A DNA stretch of 64,000 bases from Alphaproteobacteria bacterium (GTDB taxonomy: Bacteria > Pseudomonadota > Alphaproteobacteria > Bin95). Every line of letters begins with the position of its first letter. Position 1 is the stretch's first letter. Both the position numbers and the translations under genes were made by a program. The notes under the pieces were generated by a model. It had not been told where the DNA came from. It did not search any database and saw only the letters and a program-made list of their open reading frames with translations. Shown piece after piece: positions 1-9,929 of this stretch. Where the stretch lies: the NCBI GenBank assembly GCA_963665325.3, contig CAXXWS020000002.1, forward strand, positions 1,152,001 through 1,216,000, written 5' to 3'.

Positions 1-85
1 TCTCGACGGCGATCGCAGGCTTGAGCCGGGCATCGAAGAAGCCCCAGTGGACGGTGTTCGGCGCGGCTGGCAGTCGGTCGGGCAT
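1..85 (-). CDS. acetamidase/formamidase family protein, N-terminal part (runs off window start)
   Basis: Manual translation of the minus strand from ATG at 85 gives MPDRLPAAPNTVHWGFFDARLKPAIAVE. The TVHWGFFD..L.P pattern is typical of the acetamidase/formamidase N-terminus. Only 28 codons are visible. Confidence 0.65.
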   Translation of the reverse strand, partial: MPDRLPAAPNTVHWGFFDARLKPAIAVE

Positions 86-159
86 GGCGGCGGGTCCGGC
101 TTCGGTTCGGGCAGCGGATACTGCACCGTTTGGCGCCGTCTTTTCCAGTTGCTTGCGTG

Positions 160-2289
160 TCAGCCGAACACCGGCATTCCCAATACACCGCGCACATGGT
201 CCACCTGTTCCAGCGCCCAGCGGAATTGCCGTTGCCTCGGCGCGGACATCTCCTTGGGCGCAACCGAATTGCCGTGGGGAATGCCGCGCCCGATATCCCG
301 GATCTGCTGGGCGAGGATCTCGTCGAGCAGGATGCGGTGCGCCTCGACGAGATTGCTAATCGCTTCCCGGCTGTCCTCGTCAATCGCGCCTGCCGCGTTC
401 AGCCGCGCCGGGGTCGACCGGTCCCGGATGCCGTGCTGGATGGCGAGTATCCGCGCCGCCGAGAAGATCGGCATGATTCCGTAGCGTTTGGCGTCCAGGC
501 GGCCCTTCTTCAGTCTGAGCCGCCCAAACATGCCGAGCGGCGAGGTGAAATCGACTGCATTGGCGCGGAGCGCGACCTGGAAGGCTCGTGCATTCCCGGC
601 CATGTCCAGAGCCTCGCGGTGCAGTCCGTCGCCGAGCGCGGTATCGCCGTAAACCGGAACGCTGTCGAAGAAGATGTCGCAATTCAGGACATCCTCCGGC
701 TGCGAGCGGCCAATCCATCCGCCCACCTTCGCGCGCCAGCGGTCGAGGTCCATGCGCCACTCGGGGTTCCGGGCCATGATGCCGCCCTTGCAGTAGGAAA
801 CTCCCGCGCTGTCCAGAATATCCGCAAGCCGCCGTCCAAGTTCTGCGAACCACCGGTCCTCCGGTCCGTCGGGGGCGCCCGACCCGTAAACGATGGCGTT
901 GTCCTGATCCATGGCAAGCAGGCTTTCCCCGCGTCCGCCGGAGCCCAGGACCAGAACGGCGAACGGCACGGGCGGCGGCCCGAAGCCTTCCGCTTCCATG
1001 TCGCGCTCGGCCAGTTCCGCGGCGCGCCGCGTCAGCGCCCGCAGCTCCCGCGAGACGACCGACGCGATGATACGCGCATCGACTTCATCCGCGGCGAGAC
1101 CGCCAACGATCCTCGTCAGGTTCGCCCAGACCTTGCCGAGGTCCGCCGCCGCCTCCGCATGGTCGATCTCCCTGGCGAGGAAGACGGCGTCGCCCGCCCG
1201 CTGCTTCAGCAGGTCGCGGGCGCTGATGGCCCCGACGAGCCCGCCGTCGGCAGACACGACGCCGAGATGCCGGAATCCGCCCACGGTCATCAGTGTGTTC
1301 GCGCGGTAGAGAAACTCCGAAGCGGGGATAGTCACCAGGGGCCGCGCAGCGAAGCGGTCCACCGTTTCGTCCAGCGCGCCGGGGCCGAACGAGTCGATGG
1401 CGCGGGCGATGTCCCTCTCGGTCAGGATGCCGATGTCAGTGTCCGCCCCCGAAGAGACGAAAACCGAACTGATCTTCCTGTCCATGAGGTACCGCAGTGC
1501 CTCGCGAAGGCGCATTGCAGGCTCCACCAGCGCGGGCGGCGCGGACATGATGTCTTCGACGCGCTGGCGGAAGGGGAAGCTGTCCACGCGGGCGAATGCG
1601 TGCGGGTCGGCGCGGCTCACCCGGTCGGCCGCGATGACAGGGTGCCAGCCTGCCCTGGCCTCCTCGTCCATTTGCGGCGTGAGTGCCAGACAGGCTCGCT
1701 CCGCCTGGGCCAGCGTGGCGATGCCCTTCTCCGCCAGACGCGGCACCAGAGCGGCATAGATCGCCGCCGCAGCCCTGGCATCGCCGAGCGCGCGATGACG
1801 GTCGTCGATCCCGACTCCGAGCCACCTGGCTATCGCGTCGAGCGACGGGTCCGCGGGGCCGGGCGCGAACAGCGCGGCCAGTTGCCGGACGCAAAGGGAC
1901 CGGTGAGAGTGCCAGGCAAGTGCGCAGCGGTCGTGTTCAGCCTTGAGCATCGCGAGGTCGAAACCGATCGCATAGCCGATCACGACGCGGGACCCGATCC
2001 AGCGCGCGAGCGCGGGCATGACCTCGCCTGCCGTTTCGGCCGACTGCACATCCTCGTCCGAGATGCCGTGAACCGCCGTTGAGGACGGGGGAATTGGCAC
2101 ACCCGGATCGACCAGCCGGTCGAACGCCTCGGCGGTAGCGACGGCGCAGCCGCTCACCGCGACGGCGCCCACCTGCACGATTCGGTCCTTGCCGGGATCG
2201 AGGCCGGTGGTTTCGGTATCGAGCGCGACCGCCTCCAGGGACGCCAGCGGAACGGCGCCGAGCCCGGCATCTTCTTTTCCAGCGGCCAT
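160..2289 (-). CDS. fusion protein: DEDDh 3'-5' exonuclease + CBS pair + DUF294 putative nucleotidyltransferase + DUF294_C
   Basis: Exo motifs LDTETTGLD, GFDL and HRALGDA; CBS-like VEDIMS..GILTERDI..GAISARDLL; NTase GSGGRGESLLAMDQDNA; YCKGGIMARNPEWR and DIFFD. Start placed at ATG 2289 (MAAGKED). Confidence 0.85.
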   Translation of the reverse strand: MAAGKEDAGLGAVPLASLEAVALDTETTGLDPGKDRIVQVGAVAVSGCAVATAEAFDRLVDPGVPIPPSSTAVHGISDEDVQSAETAGEVMPALARWIGSRVVIGYAIGFDLAMLKAEHDRCALAWHSHRSLCVRQLAALFAPGPADPSLDAIARWLGVGIDDRHRALGDARAAAAIYAALVPRLAEKGIATLAQAERACLALTPQMDEEARAGWHPVIAADRVSRADPHAFARVDSFPFRQRVEDIMSAPPALVEPAMRLREALRYLMDRKISSVFVSSGADTDIGILTERDIARAIDSFGPGALDETVDRFAARPLVTIPASEFLYRANTLMTVGGFRHLGVVSADGGLVGAISARDLLKQRAGDAVFLAREIDHAEAAADLGKVWANLTRIVGGLAADEVDARIIASVVSRELRALTRRAAELAERDMEAEGFGPPPVPFAVLVLGSGGRGESLLAMDQDNAIVYGSGAPDGPEDRWFAELGRRLADILDSAGVSYCKGGIMARNPEWRMDLDRWRAKVGGWIGRSQPEDVLNCDIFFDSVPVYGDTALGDGLHREALDMAGNARAFQVALRANAVDFTSPLGMFGRLRLKKGRLDAKRYGIMPIFSAARILAIQHGIRDRSTPARLNAAGAIDEDSREAISNLVEAHRILLDEILAQQIRDIGRGIPHGNSVAPKEMSAPRQRQFRWALEQVDHVRGVLGMPVFG

Positions 2290-2434
2290 GGCCGAACCCT
2301 GCTGTCCCGATTCAGGGCAGAAGAGCGGAACGGGTTTCGCGCTCTCCTTCTCAGGCACGGTACCGCGTCGGCGTCCGGCAGCCAAGAGTCCCCAAGGGCG
2401 CGATGAAATGCACTCCGTGTCTTTATCGGAAATT

Positions 2435-2454
2435 TTATTGCAATTTTACAATAA
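2435..2454. promoter_or_regulatory. inverted repeat TTATTG-N8-CAATAA in an AT-rich patch; candidate operator
   Basis: ttattgcaattttacaataa lies within a strongly AT-rich ~50 bp stretch (2421-2468) between divergent genes. Confidence 0.4.
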
Positions 2455-2684
2455 GTTATATAAGTCTAGGTGTCGCCTCAGCTTCATGGTGCAAGCAGGT
2501 TGAATCCAACATGTGACCCTGCATGTCCGCGCCTGTCCTGCTCCTCCGGGCATGCCGCCATGCCGGTGCTCCGGCGAGGTCCATTTCGTGCAAGCCCGGT
2601 ACGAAACGCGCTAGTCTGGCGCGAGAAAGAACGGCCGGCGCCAGGAATTCGGGAAGCACGATGCGCCGGGGTACGGGCGGAGCC

Positions 2685-3557
2685 ATGTTCCTGATCGACG
2701 AGCCGGATTCTTCGGACATTCAACGCTTTCGCCGGGACGGCTTCCTCGTCGTCGAACGACTCATCGAGCCGGAGACCGCCGCCCGTCTGGCCGCGCGGTT
2801 CGGGCCACTCTTCCGCGGCGAGTTCGAGACCGGCCTGCGCCCCGACGAGTGGAACTGGCGCGAAGGGCGGGACGCCGAAGACCTGACGCGCCAGATCTGC
2901 AATGCGTGGAAGTCGGACCGTCACGTGGCGCGTGCGGTCCTTCATCCCCGCATCGGCCTGTGGTGCGCGCGGCTCAGCGGTTGGCCGGGCGCGCGGATCA
3001 ACCAGGACAATCTGCTCTGGAAGCCGCCGGGCGCCCGCCCGCTCGCCTTTCACCAGGACGACAGCTACCAGCAGTGGGTCGTGCCGCCCGAATTGTGCAC
3101 CTGCTGGATTGCGCTCGACGCGACCAGCGCGGCCGGCGGCACCATCGAGTATGTCGTGGGCTCGCACCGCTGGAACCTGGCCCCGCCGGCCACGCAGTTT
3201 CACGCTCCCCACGACTATGGACGCGAGATGCATGAGGCCGCCGAACGGGCGGGCGTCGTCCCCAAAACGGTGCGGATCGAAGTCCCGGCGGGAGGGGGAG
3301 TCTTTCACCATGGACGGACATTTCACGGCTCGGGCACCAACCGCGCGGACACACACCGACGGGCGTTGGCGTCTCACTGCATGTCTTCCGAAGCACGCTA
3401 CCACCCGACCAATGTCGGAAACATTTACGGCCGCTATAAACGCGCCGGAACGACGGAGATGGACGAGTCCTTCTTTCCCGTGCTGTGGACCGAGGACGGC
3501 TACCGGAGCGCCTTTCTCGACGGGTATCTCGGCGCAGTTCCGGACGCCGCGCCTTGA
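2685..3557 (+). CDS. PhyH-family (phytanoyl-CoA dioxygenase-like) Fe(II)/2-oxoglutarate dioxygenase
   Basis: FRRDGFLVV N-terminus, HQD iron-binding motif, CWIALD, distal HGSGTN..RRA; GGAG precedes ATG 2685. Confidence 0.85.
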   Translation: MFLIDEPDSSDIQRFRRDGFLVVERLIEPETAARLAARFGPLFRGEFETGLRPDEWNWREGRDAEDLTRQICNAWKSDRHVARAVLHPRIGLWCARLSGWPGARINQDNLLWKPPGARPLAFHQDDSYQQWVVPPELCTCWIALDATSAAGGTIEYVVGSHRWNLAPPATQFHAPHDYGREMHEAAERAGVVPKTVRIEVPAGGGVFHHGRTFHGSGTNRADTHRRALASHCMSSEARYHPTNVGNIYGRYKRAGTTEMDESFFPVLWTEDGYRSAFLDGYLGAVPDAAP

Positions 3558-3614
3558 ATGTCCGGTCGCGCAGCGCAACCTTCCCGGTAACGCTTGAGGC
3601 ATCGGAGGCGCACG

Positions 3615-3983
3615 ATGATGAGGCTCCTGTTCATAACGGTCCTGACCCTGGGACTCGCGGCCCCGACGGTCGGTGCCCTGGCCCATCACGGCTGGGCGTG
3701 GACGACCGGCGGCAATATCGATCTGACCGGCATCGTCAGGACCGTCCGCCTGGGAAATCCCCACGGCATCCTGAAGATCGACGTAGAGGGCGAGGAGTGG
3801 ACGGCCGAGGTCGGCCAGCCCTGGCGCAACGAACGCGCCGGCCTCAAGGACGGCGACCTGGCCGAAGGGGTGGAGATCCGGGTGATCGGCGAGCCGGCCG
3901 CCGATGTGTCGGACAAGCGGATCAAGGCGGAACGGCTGTACCTGGGCAAACGGGAGTACATCCTTTACCCCGGGCGCGACTGA
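3615..3983 (+). CDS. secreted protein, DUF6152-like (mature N-terminus HHG, NPH motif)
   Basis: GGAGG RBS; signal peptide ending ALA|HHGWAW; GNPHG motif; beta-rich body. Confidence 0.7.
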   Translation: MMRLLFITVLTLGLAAPTVGALAHHGWAWTTGGNIDLTGIVRTVRLGNPHGILKIDVEGEEWTAEVGQPWRNERAGLKDGDLAEGVEIRVIGEPAADVSDKRIKAERLYLGKREYILYPGRD

Positions 3984-3987
3984 GACC

Positions 3988-4458
3988 TTGGAGACTTTGT
4001 TCGCGGCGATCGAGGGGACGGCCTTGGCGCAGGCCCTGCGGAGTTCCCGCTGGGTCTATGCCGGCGTCAACGCCGCGCACATCTTCGCGGTCGCCCTGCT
4101 TGTCGGATCGGTCGTCCCGCTCAATCTTCGGCTTCTCGGCGTGTGGCGCGGAATCTCCCGCGAGGCGGTGGTTCGCGTGCTGGCGCCCGTTGCGGCGAGC
4201 GGGCTGGCCCTCGCCCTGCTCACAGGACCGCTGCTGTTCTCGGTCCGGGCGCGGGAATACAGCGGTGTCGGATTCCTGCAGCTCAAGCTGGCCTTCATCG
4301 CTGTCGCGGTCCTGTCCACGCTCGCGCTCTGCCGGGCCCACGGGTTCCTGCTCAGAGACGCCCCGCGTGCCCGCCTGGTCGGTCATGCCATCCTCTCGAT
4401 GGTTTGCTGGCTGGGAGCGCTCGTCTGCGGGCGGTTGATCGCATTCGCGGGGGATTGA
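3988..4458 (+). CDS. 4-TM membrane protein, DUF6644/DUF2214-like
   Basis: TTG start; IEGTALAQALRSSRWVY..AHI...LVGS...LRLLG; FLQLKL; ends GRLIAF; hydrophobic segments. Confidence 0.65.
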   Translation: METLFAAIEGTALAQALRSSRWVYAGVNAAHIFAVALLVGSVVPLNLRLLGVWRGISREAVVRVLAPVAASGLALALLTGPLLFSVRAREYSGVGFLQLKLAFIAVAVLSTLALCRAHGFLLRDAPRARLVGHAILSMVCWLGALVCGRLIAFAGD

Positions 4459-4465
4459 GGCCGAT

Positions 4466-5083
4466 ATGCAGATGAAGGCCCGAATGCCGCTTCGCTTCCT
4501 TTGCCCGCCGATGACGCGCCTGCTTCTCGCCCTCGCCTCAATGGCGGCCCTTTTGCTCCCGCCTGCGCCGACTTCCGCGGACACGCGATTCGCCCGCCTG
4601 TCCGAGCCCGGTATCGTCGCCATCATGCGCCACGCCCACGCACCCGGAACCGGAGATTCCGAATCGTTCGCGCTCGACAACTGCGCCACCCAGCGCAATC
4701 TTGATGCGCGGGGCAGGGAACAGGCGCGGGAGATCGGTAAGGCGATCCGCGCTGCCGGCGCGACCGTCGACAGGGTCCTCACAAGCCAATGGTGCCGTTG
4801 CCGCGACACGGCCGGGCTCCTCGACGTCGGCCCGGTCGAGGACCTGCCCGCTCTCAACTCGTTTTTCCGGAACCCGGCCCGCTCCGACCGGCAGACCGCC
4901 GACTTGCGGCAATTCCTGTTCGGCCTCCCGCCGGAAGAGACCGTTATCCTGGTTACTCATCAGGTGAACATCACGGCGCTCACGGGCCGGTGGACCGCCT
5001 CCGGCGAAGTCTTCCTGCTCGAGCTCGGGCGTGACGGCACGGTTTCTGTGGTCGACGAGATTCTCATCGTACCCCGGCGCTGA
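4466..5083 (+). CDS. histidine phosphatase superfamily protein, probably exported
   Basis: MRHA catalytic motif, QRNL, SQWCRCRDTA, LVTHQVNI. A signal-like stretch follows the alternative ATG at 4511. Confidence 0.8.
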   Translation: MQMKARMPLRFLCPPMTRLLLALASMAALLLPPAPTSADTRFARLSEPGIVAIMRHAHAPGTGDSESFALDNCATQRNLDARGREQAREIGKAIRAAGATVDRVLTSQWCRCRDTAGLLDVGPVEDLPALNSFFRNPARSDRQTADLRQFLFGLPPEETVILVTHQVNITALTGRWTASGEVFLLELGRDGTVSVVDEILIVPRR

Positions 5084-5196
5084 GATCGAACCCGACCCGG
5101 TCGCGATCTGTCGCGGCGTGTCATGAAGCTCCCCGCGTCGGGTGAATCGCTTGCCTGCGGTTCCGGGTGGCCGGTGGGCGAGAATTATTTTCTTGT

Positions 5197-5211
5197 GTTC
5201 TTGAAATATTC
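5197..5211. promoter_or_regulatory. candidate alphaproteobacterial LexA box upstream of recA
   Basis: GTTC-ttgaaat-ATTC, one mismatch to the GTTC-N7-GTTC consensus, in an AT-rich stretch ~75 bp upstream of recA. Confidence 0.55.
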
Positions 5212-5285
5212 TCTTTATCCCGAGTGCATCGAATGATGCAGCGGGGCCCGGACGGGCGGCCTCCGGACGAGCGGGGAGCGAGCAT

Positions 5286-6365
<1,080 letters not shown>

Positions 6366-6372
6366 CCGGGCG

Positions 6373-7245
6373 TCAGGACCTCGGGTCGAGCGCGTCCTGG
6401 AGGGCGTCGCCCAGGAAGTTGAACGCGATCACTGTCGCGAAGATCAGCAGGCCCGGCCAGACGGCGAGGCGCGGGGCTTGCCAGATCGTCTCCTGGGCAT
6501 GGGCGAGCATGTTGCCCCAGCTTGCCGCCGGCGGCTGAATGCCGAGTCCGAGGAAGGAAAGCACGCTTTCGAACAGGATGATATTCCCAACTGAAAGCGT
6601 CGTCGCTACCAGGATGGGCGAGGCCACATTCGGCAGGATATGCCTGAGCGCTATGCGGCCGCTTCCGGCACCGAGTGCGCGGGCGGCGCGCACATAGTCC
6701 TGAGCGCGGGCGGCAAGCGCGGCGGCGCGAACCAGCCGGGCCACCGTCGTCCAGCCGACGAGCGCCACGATGGCGATGACGCGAAAGAGGCTGGCATTCG
6801 TCCCGTCGTCGAGGCCGAGCTTGCCGAGATCGACGGCTGCCAGCACGATCAGCAACGGCAAGAGCGGCAGCGCGATCACGCCGTCGGTTAACCGCATGAG
6901 CACCGTGTCGAAGGCGCCGCCGCGATAACCCGCCAGCAAGCCGAGGCCCGTGCCGATCAGGGCGGCGATGAACGCAGCGGCGAGGCCGACGGCGAGCGAC
7001 ACCTGCCCGCCCCGTAGCAGCCTCGCAAGCAGGTCCCGCCCGAGATCGTCTGCGCCGAGTAGATGCTCGGCGGACGGCGCAGCATAGCGCGCGAAGAGGT
7101 CGATCGAATCGGCGTCGATGCCGAGCCCGGCCTCGATGAGCGGCGCCGACCAGGCTGCGGCCGCGAGCAGCAGCAGGAAGACGGCCCCGGCGAGCCCCGC
7201 CTTGTGGCGCCGGAACCGGAACCAGGCCAGCGCCGCCGGGCTCAT
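6373..7245 (-). CDS. peptide/nickel ABC transporter permease (DppC/OppC-like)
   Basis: HLLGADDLGRD, EAA-like loop DYVRAARALGA, SFLGLGIQPP..SWG; ATGA overlap with the upstream permease. Confidence 0.93.
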   Translation of the reverse strand: MSPAALAWFRFRRHKAGLAGAVFLLLLAAAAWSAPLIEAGLGIDADSIDLFARYAAPSAEHLLGADDLGRDLLARLLRGGQVSLAVGLAAAFIAALIGTGLGLLAGYRGGAFDTVLMRLTDGVIALPLLPLLIVLAAVDLGKLGLDDGTNASLFRVIAIVALVGWTTVARLVRAAALAARAQDYVRAARALGAGSGRIALRHILPNVASPILVATTLSVGNIILFESVLSFLGLGIQPPAASWGNMLAHAQETIWQAPRLAVWPGLLIFATVIAFNFLGDALQDALDPRS

Positions 7246-8204
7246 GTTCCTGCCCGGAAGGCGATGCGCGGGTCGAGCGCGATATAGGCGCCGTCCGCGG
7301 CGATATTGGCGGCAAGCGTTGTGAGCGTCGCGAACAGGAGGCCGATGAGTGCGAGGTTGTAATCGTTCGCCATCACGGCGTTGTAGATAAGTGCGCCCAT
7401 GCCGGGATAGCCGAACATGATTTCGGTGATGAGCGCGCCGGAGAAAAGTGCTCCCATGTCCAGCGCGAGGATCGTCACCACGGGAATCATCGCGTTGCGC
7501 AGCACATGGCGGCGCACCGCGGCGGCCCGCGAGAGGCCTTTGGCGCGTGCCGTGCGCACATAGTCCTGGCGCAGCGCTTCGCGCATGGACGCGCGGACAT
7601 AGCGCGTGATGCCCCCGGCGGACAGCAGTCCCAGCACGGCCACCGGCAGAATGAGGTGGCGCAGCCGCTCCGGCCATCCGGCGTCGCCTGCCGCCGGGTA
7701 GCCCGTCGCCGGCAGCCAGCCGAGCGTCACCGAAAACAGCAGCATTGCCATGATCGCGAGCCAGAAGGGTGGGGTGGAAATGCCGGCGAAACAGATGAAG
7801 TTGACGGCATAGTCGCCGAATCGGTTCGCCTTGAGCGCCGCGAAAATGCCGGCCGGGATCGCGATGGCGACCGAAAGCGCGAACGCGAGCCCCATCAGCA
7901 GGACCGTATGGGGCAACCGTTCCGCCAGCAGGTCCAGCGCCGGGCGGTGGTAGATGCGGCTGTGGCCGAAGTCGCCGCCGAGCGCCTGTCCCGCCCAGGC
8001 GAGGTAGCGTTCCCAGACCGGACGGTCGAGCCCATAGACCGCCTTCAGCCGTTCCGTGTCTTCCGAGGTCAGCTCCGGGTCGGCGGCGATCATGGCGTCG
8101 ATCGGGTCCCCCGGCATCAGGCCGATCAGCCCATAGACGGCGAAGGACATGACGGCCAGAACGATGACCGCCTGCAACAGGCGGCCGGCGAGAAATCGGG
8201 TCAT
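7242..8204 (-). CDS. peptide/nickel ABC transporter permease (DppB/OppB-like)
   Basis: MPGDP, GDFGHS, DYVRTARAKGL, HVLRNAMIP, EIMFGYPGMG. Confidence 0.93.
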   Translation of the reverse strand: MTRFLAGRLLQAVIVLAVMSFAVYGLIGLMPGDPIDAMIAADPELTSEDTERLKAVYGLDRPVWERYLAWAGQALGGDFGHSRIYHRPALDLLAERLPHTVLLMGLAFALSVAIAIPAGIFAALKANRFGDYAVNFICFAGISTPPFWLAIMAMLLFSVTLGWLPATGYPAAGDAGWPERLRHLILPVAVLGLLSAGGITRYVRASMREALRQDYVRTARAKGLSRAAAVRRHVLRNAMIPVVTILALDMGALFSGALITEIMFGYPGMGALIYNAVMANDYNLALIGLLFATLTTLAANIAADGAYIALDPRIAFRAGT

Positions 8205-9856
8205 TCCTCTGCGCGCCACTCCTCGATCCAGAGCGTGGTCGGAAATGTGTGGCCGGTAGGCGTCACGCCCTTCAGCCACTTCGGAAAGACATAGGGCGTG
8301 GCCCGGAAATAGAGGGGCAGCACCGGCAGGTCGCGGGCGTAGGCCGCCTGGAGCTTTGCCCAGAGGCTACGGCGCTTCTCGCGGTCGAGTTCGACCTCGA
8401 TGCCGTCGAGCAGCACGTCCACATCCGGGTTGCGGTAGCCGGTGTAGTTCTGCCCCGACCAGTTGTTCTCCGCCGTCGGGATCATGGTGGAATGGAGCGT
8501 CGAGCGCGGCACGCTCTCCGGCGCGGACAGCCAGGCATACATCGCCAGACCGCTGAACTGGCGCTTCGAAACCGTTTCGCCGAAGAACACGCGCGCGGGC
8601 TGGTTGCGGATACGCACATCGATGCCGACATCCTTCCACGCCGCCTGCAACACCTGTTGCACCAGCTCGCGCGAACGGCTGCCTGCGGTGGTGCCGAGTT
8701 CGAGCCTGAGCGGCTCGCCGGCGGCGTTGCGGCGCGGGGCGCCCGGCTCCTCGCTGGTCCAGCCCGCCTCGTCCAGCAGCTTTCGGGCGGCGTCCGGGTC
8801 GAAGGGCGTTTGCGGCAAGTCGGGGTCATAGACCCAGTCGAGGGGGCTGACCGGTCCGTGCGAGACCGGCTGGCGGCCGAAAAAGAGGCCTTCCGAGAGC
8901 GTTTCCCGGTCGATGGCGTGCAACAGCGCACGCCTCACCCGGACATCGGCCAACACCGGATTGTCGAGATTGAGGTCGATATGCTCGTAGATCAGTCCGG
9001 CCTTGTAGGCAAAGTTCCAGGAATCGCCTTCGCGCTGCTCCATCGCGGCCGCCTGGTCGAGACTGAGCCCCAGTTCGCCGGCGATATAGTCAATGGCGCC
9101 CGAACGAAGATTGACCTCCAGTGCGGCGGTATTCTCGATGATCCGGATAATCACGGTCTCGAAGGCCGCCGGCGCGCCCCACCAGGTCGGGTTCCGCTTG
9201 AGTTCGATGGCGGCGCCGGGCTCGACCCGGACCACACGGTAGGGGCCGAACCAGAGGCCCGGATTGGCGCTGTCGGCGTCGTAGGCGGTACGATTCCGGT
9301 AGTCTGCAGGGCCTGCCTCGAAATTGGCGCGGTCGATATGCGCGGGAAGCACGAGGCCGCCGATGTCGTTGTAGTCGAAGGTCACGCGGTCGAGATGCAG
9401 CGTGAACCGGCGGTCGTCATGGACCTCCAGCTCCAGGATTCTCCGGTAGAGTTCCCCCGAGGCGACGCCCGATTGCGGGTGCTTGCCGACCTCGACGGCA
9501 AAGGCGACATCCTTCGTGGTCACGGGAACGCCGTCGCCCCAGCGGGCATCCGGGCGGATCGTGTAGGTGACGGCGATGCCGTCCTTGCCGTCGGGTGTCT
9601 TCTCGCGCACCGCGCCGCCGTTCTCGATGGTCGGGAGCTCGATGCAAAGCATGCAGACGAGCTGCCAGTCCGGATCGTGGACCGTGAACGGGCGCATGCC
9701 CATGGCGAGCGCGTAGCTCTTGGCCAGCATCGAATCGATCTGCGGATGCAGTGTCGACGGGAACTGGGTCATGCCGATAACCAGCCGGTCCTTCGCTCCG
9801 GCCGGCAGCATGGCGGCGAATATCAGCAGGGCCGCAGCGGCGACAACGCGGATCAT
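8201..9856 (-). CDS. peptide ABC transporter substrate-binding protein (family 5)
   Basis: Signal peptide, WGDGVPVTTKDV, GPY, DVRVRRAL..AIDR; GGAGG 7 nt before ATG 9856. Confidence 0.92.
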   Translation of the reverse strand: MIRVVAAAALLIFAAMLPAGAKDRLVIGMTQFPSTLHPQIDSMLAKSYALAMGMRPFTVHDPDWQLVCMLCIELPTIENGGAVREKTPDGKDGIAVTYTIRPDARWGDGVPVTTKDVAFAVEVGKHPQSGVASGELYRRILELEVHDDRRFTLHLDRVTFDYNDIGGLVLPAHIDRANFEAGPADYRNRTAYDADSANPGLWFGPYRVVRVEPGAAIELKRNPTWWGAPAAFETVIIRIIENTAALEVNLRSGAIDYIAGELGLSLDQAAAMEQREGDSWNFAYKAGLIYEHIDLNLDNPVLADVRVRRALLHAIDRETLSEGLFFGRQPVSHGPVSPLDWVYDPDLPQTPFDPDAARKLLDEAGWTSEEPGAPRRNAAGEPLRLELGTTAGSRSRELVQQVLQAAWKDVGIDVRIRNQPARVFFGETVSKRQFSGLAMYAWLSAPESVPRSTLHSTMIPTAENNWSGQNYTGYRNPDVDVLLDGIEVELDREKRRSLWAKLQAAYARDLPVLPLYFRATPYVFPKWLKGVTPTGHTFPTTLWIEEWRAEE

Positions 9857-9929
9857 GGCCAAACCTCCCTGAGCGGCGGACGGAAACTAGCCGCTCCGCC
9901 GGACCGGCGGAATGCCGTTTGTCGCGGCT

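Noticed and set aside
130-2082. Long antisense ORFs (this one, also 8249-10069, 25031-26938, 27912-29291, 61729-63726 and similar)
   Set aside because: Shadow frames opposite well-supported genes, expected with high-GC codon bias; no motifs.
1750-2289. dnaQ (DNA polymerase III epsilon)
   Set aside because: The DEDDh domain is fused in frame to CBS and DUF294 domains, so it is not a stand-alone proofreading subunit.
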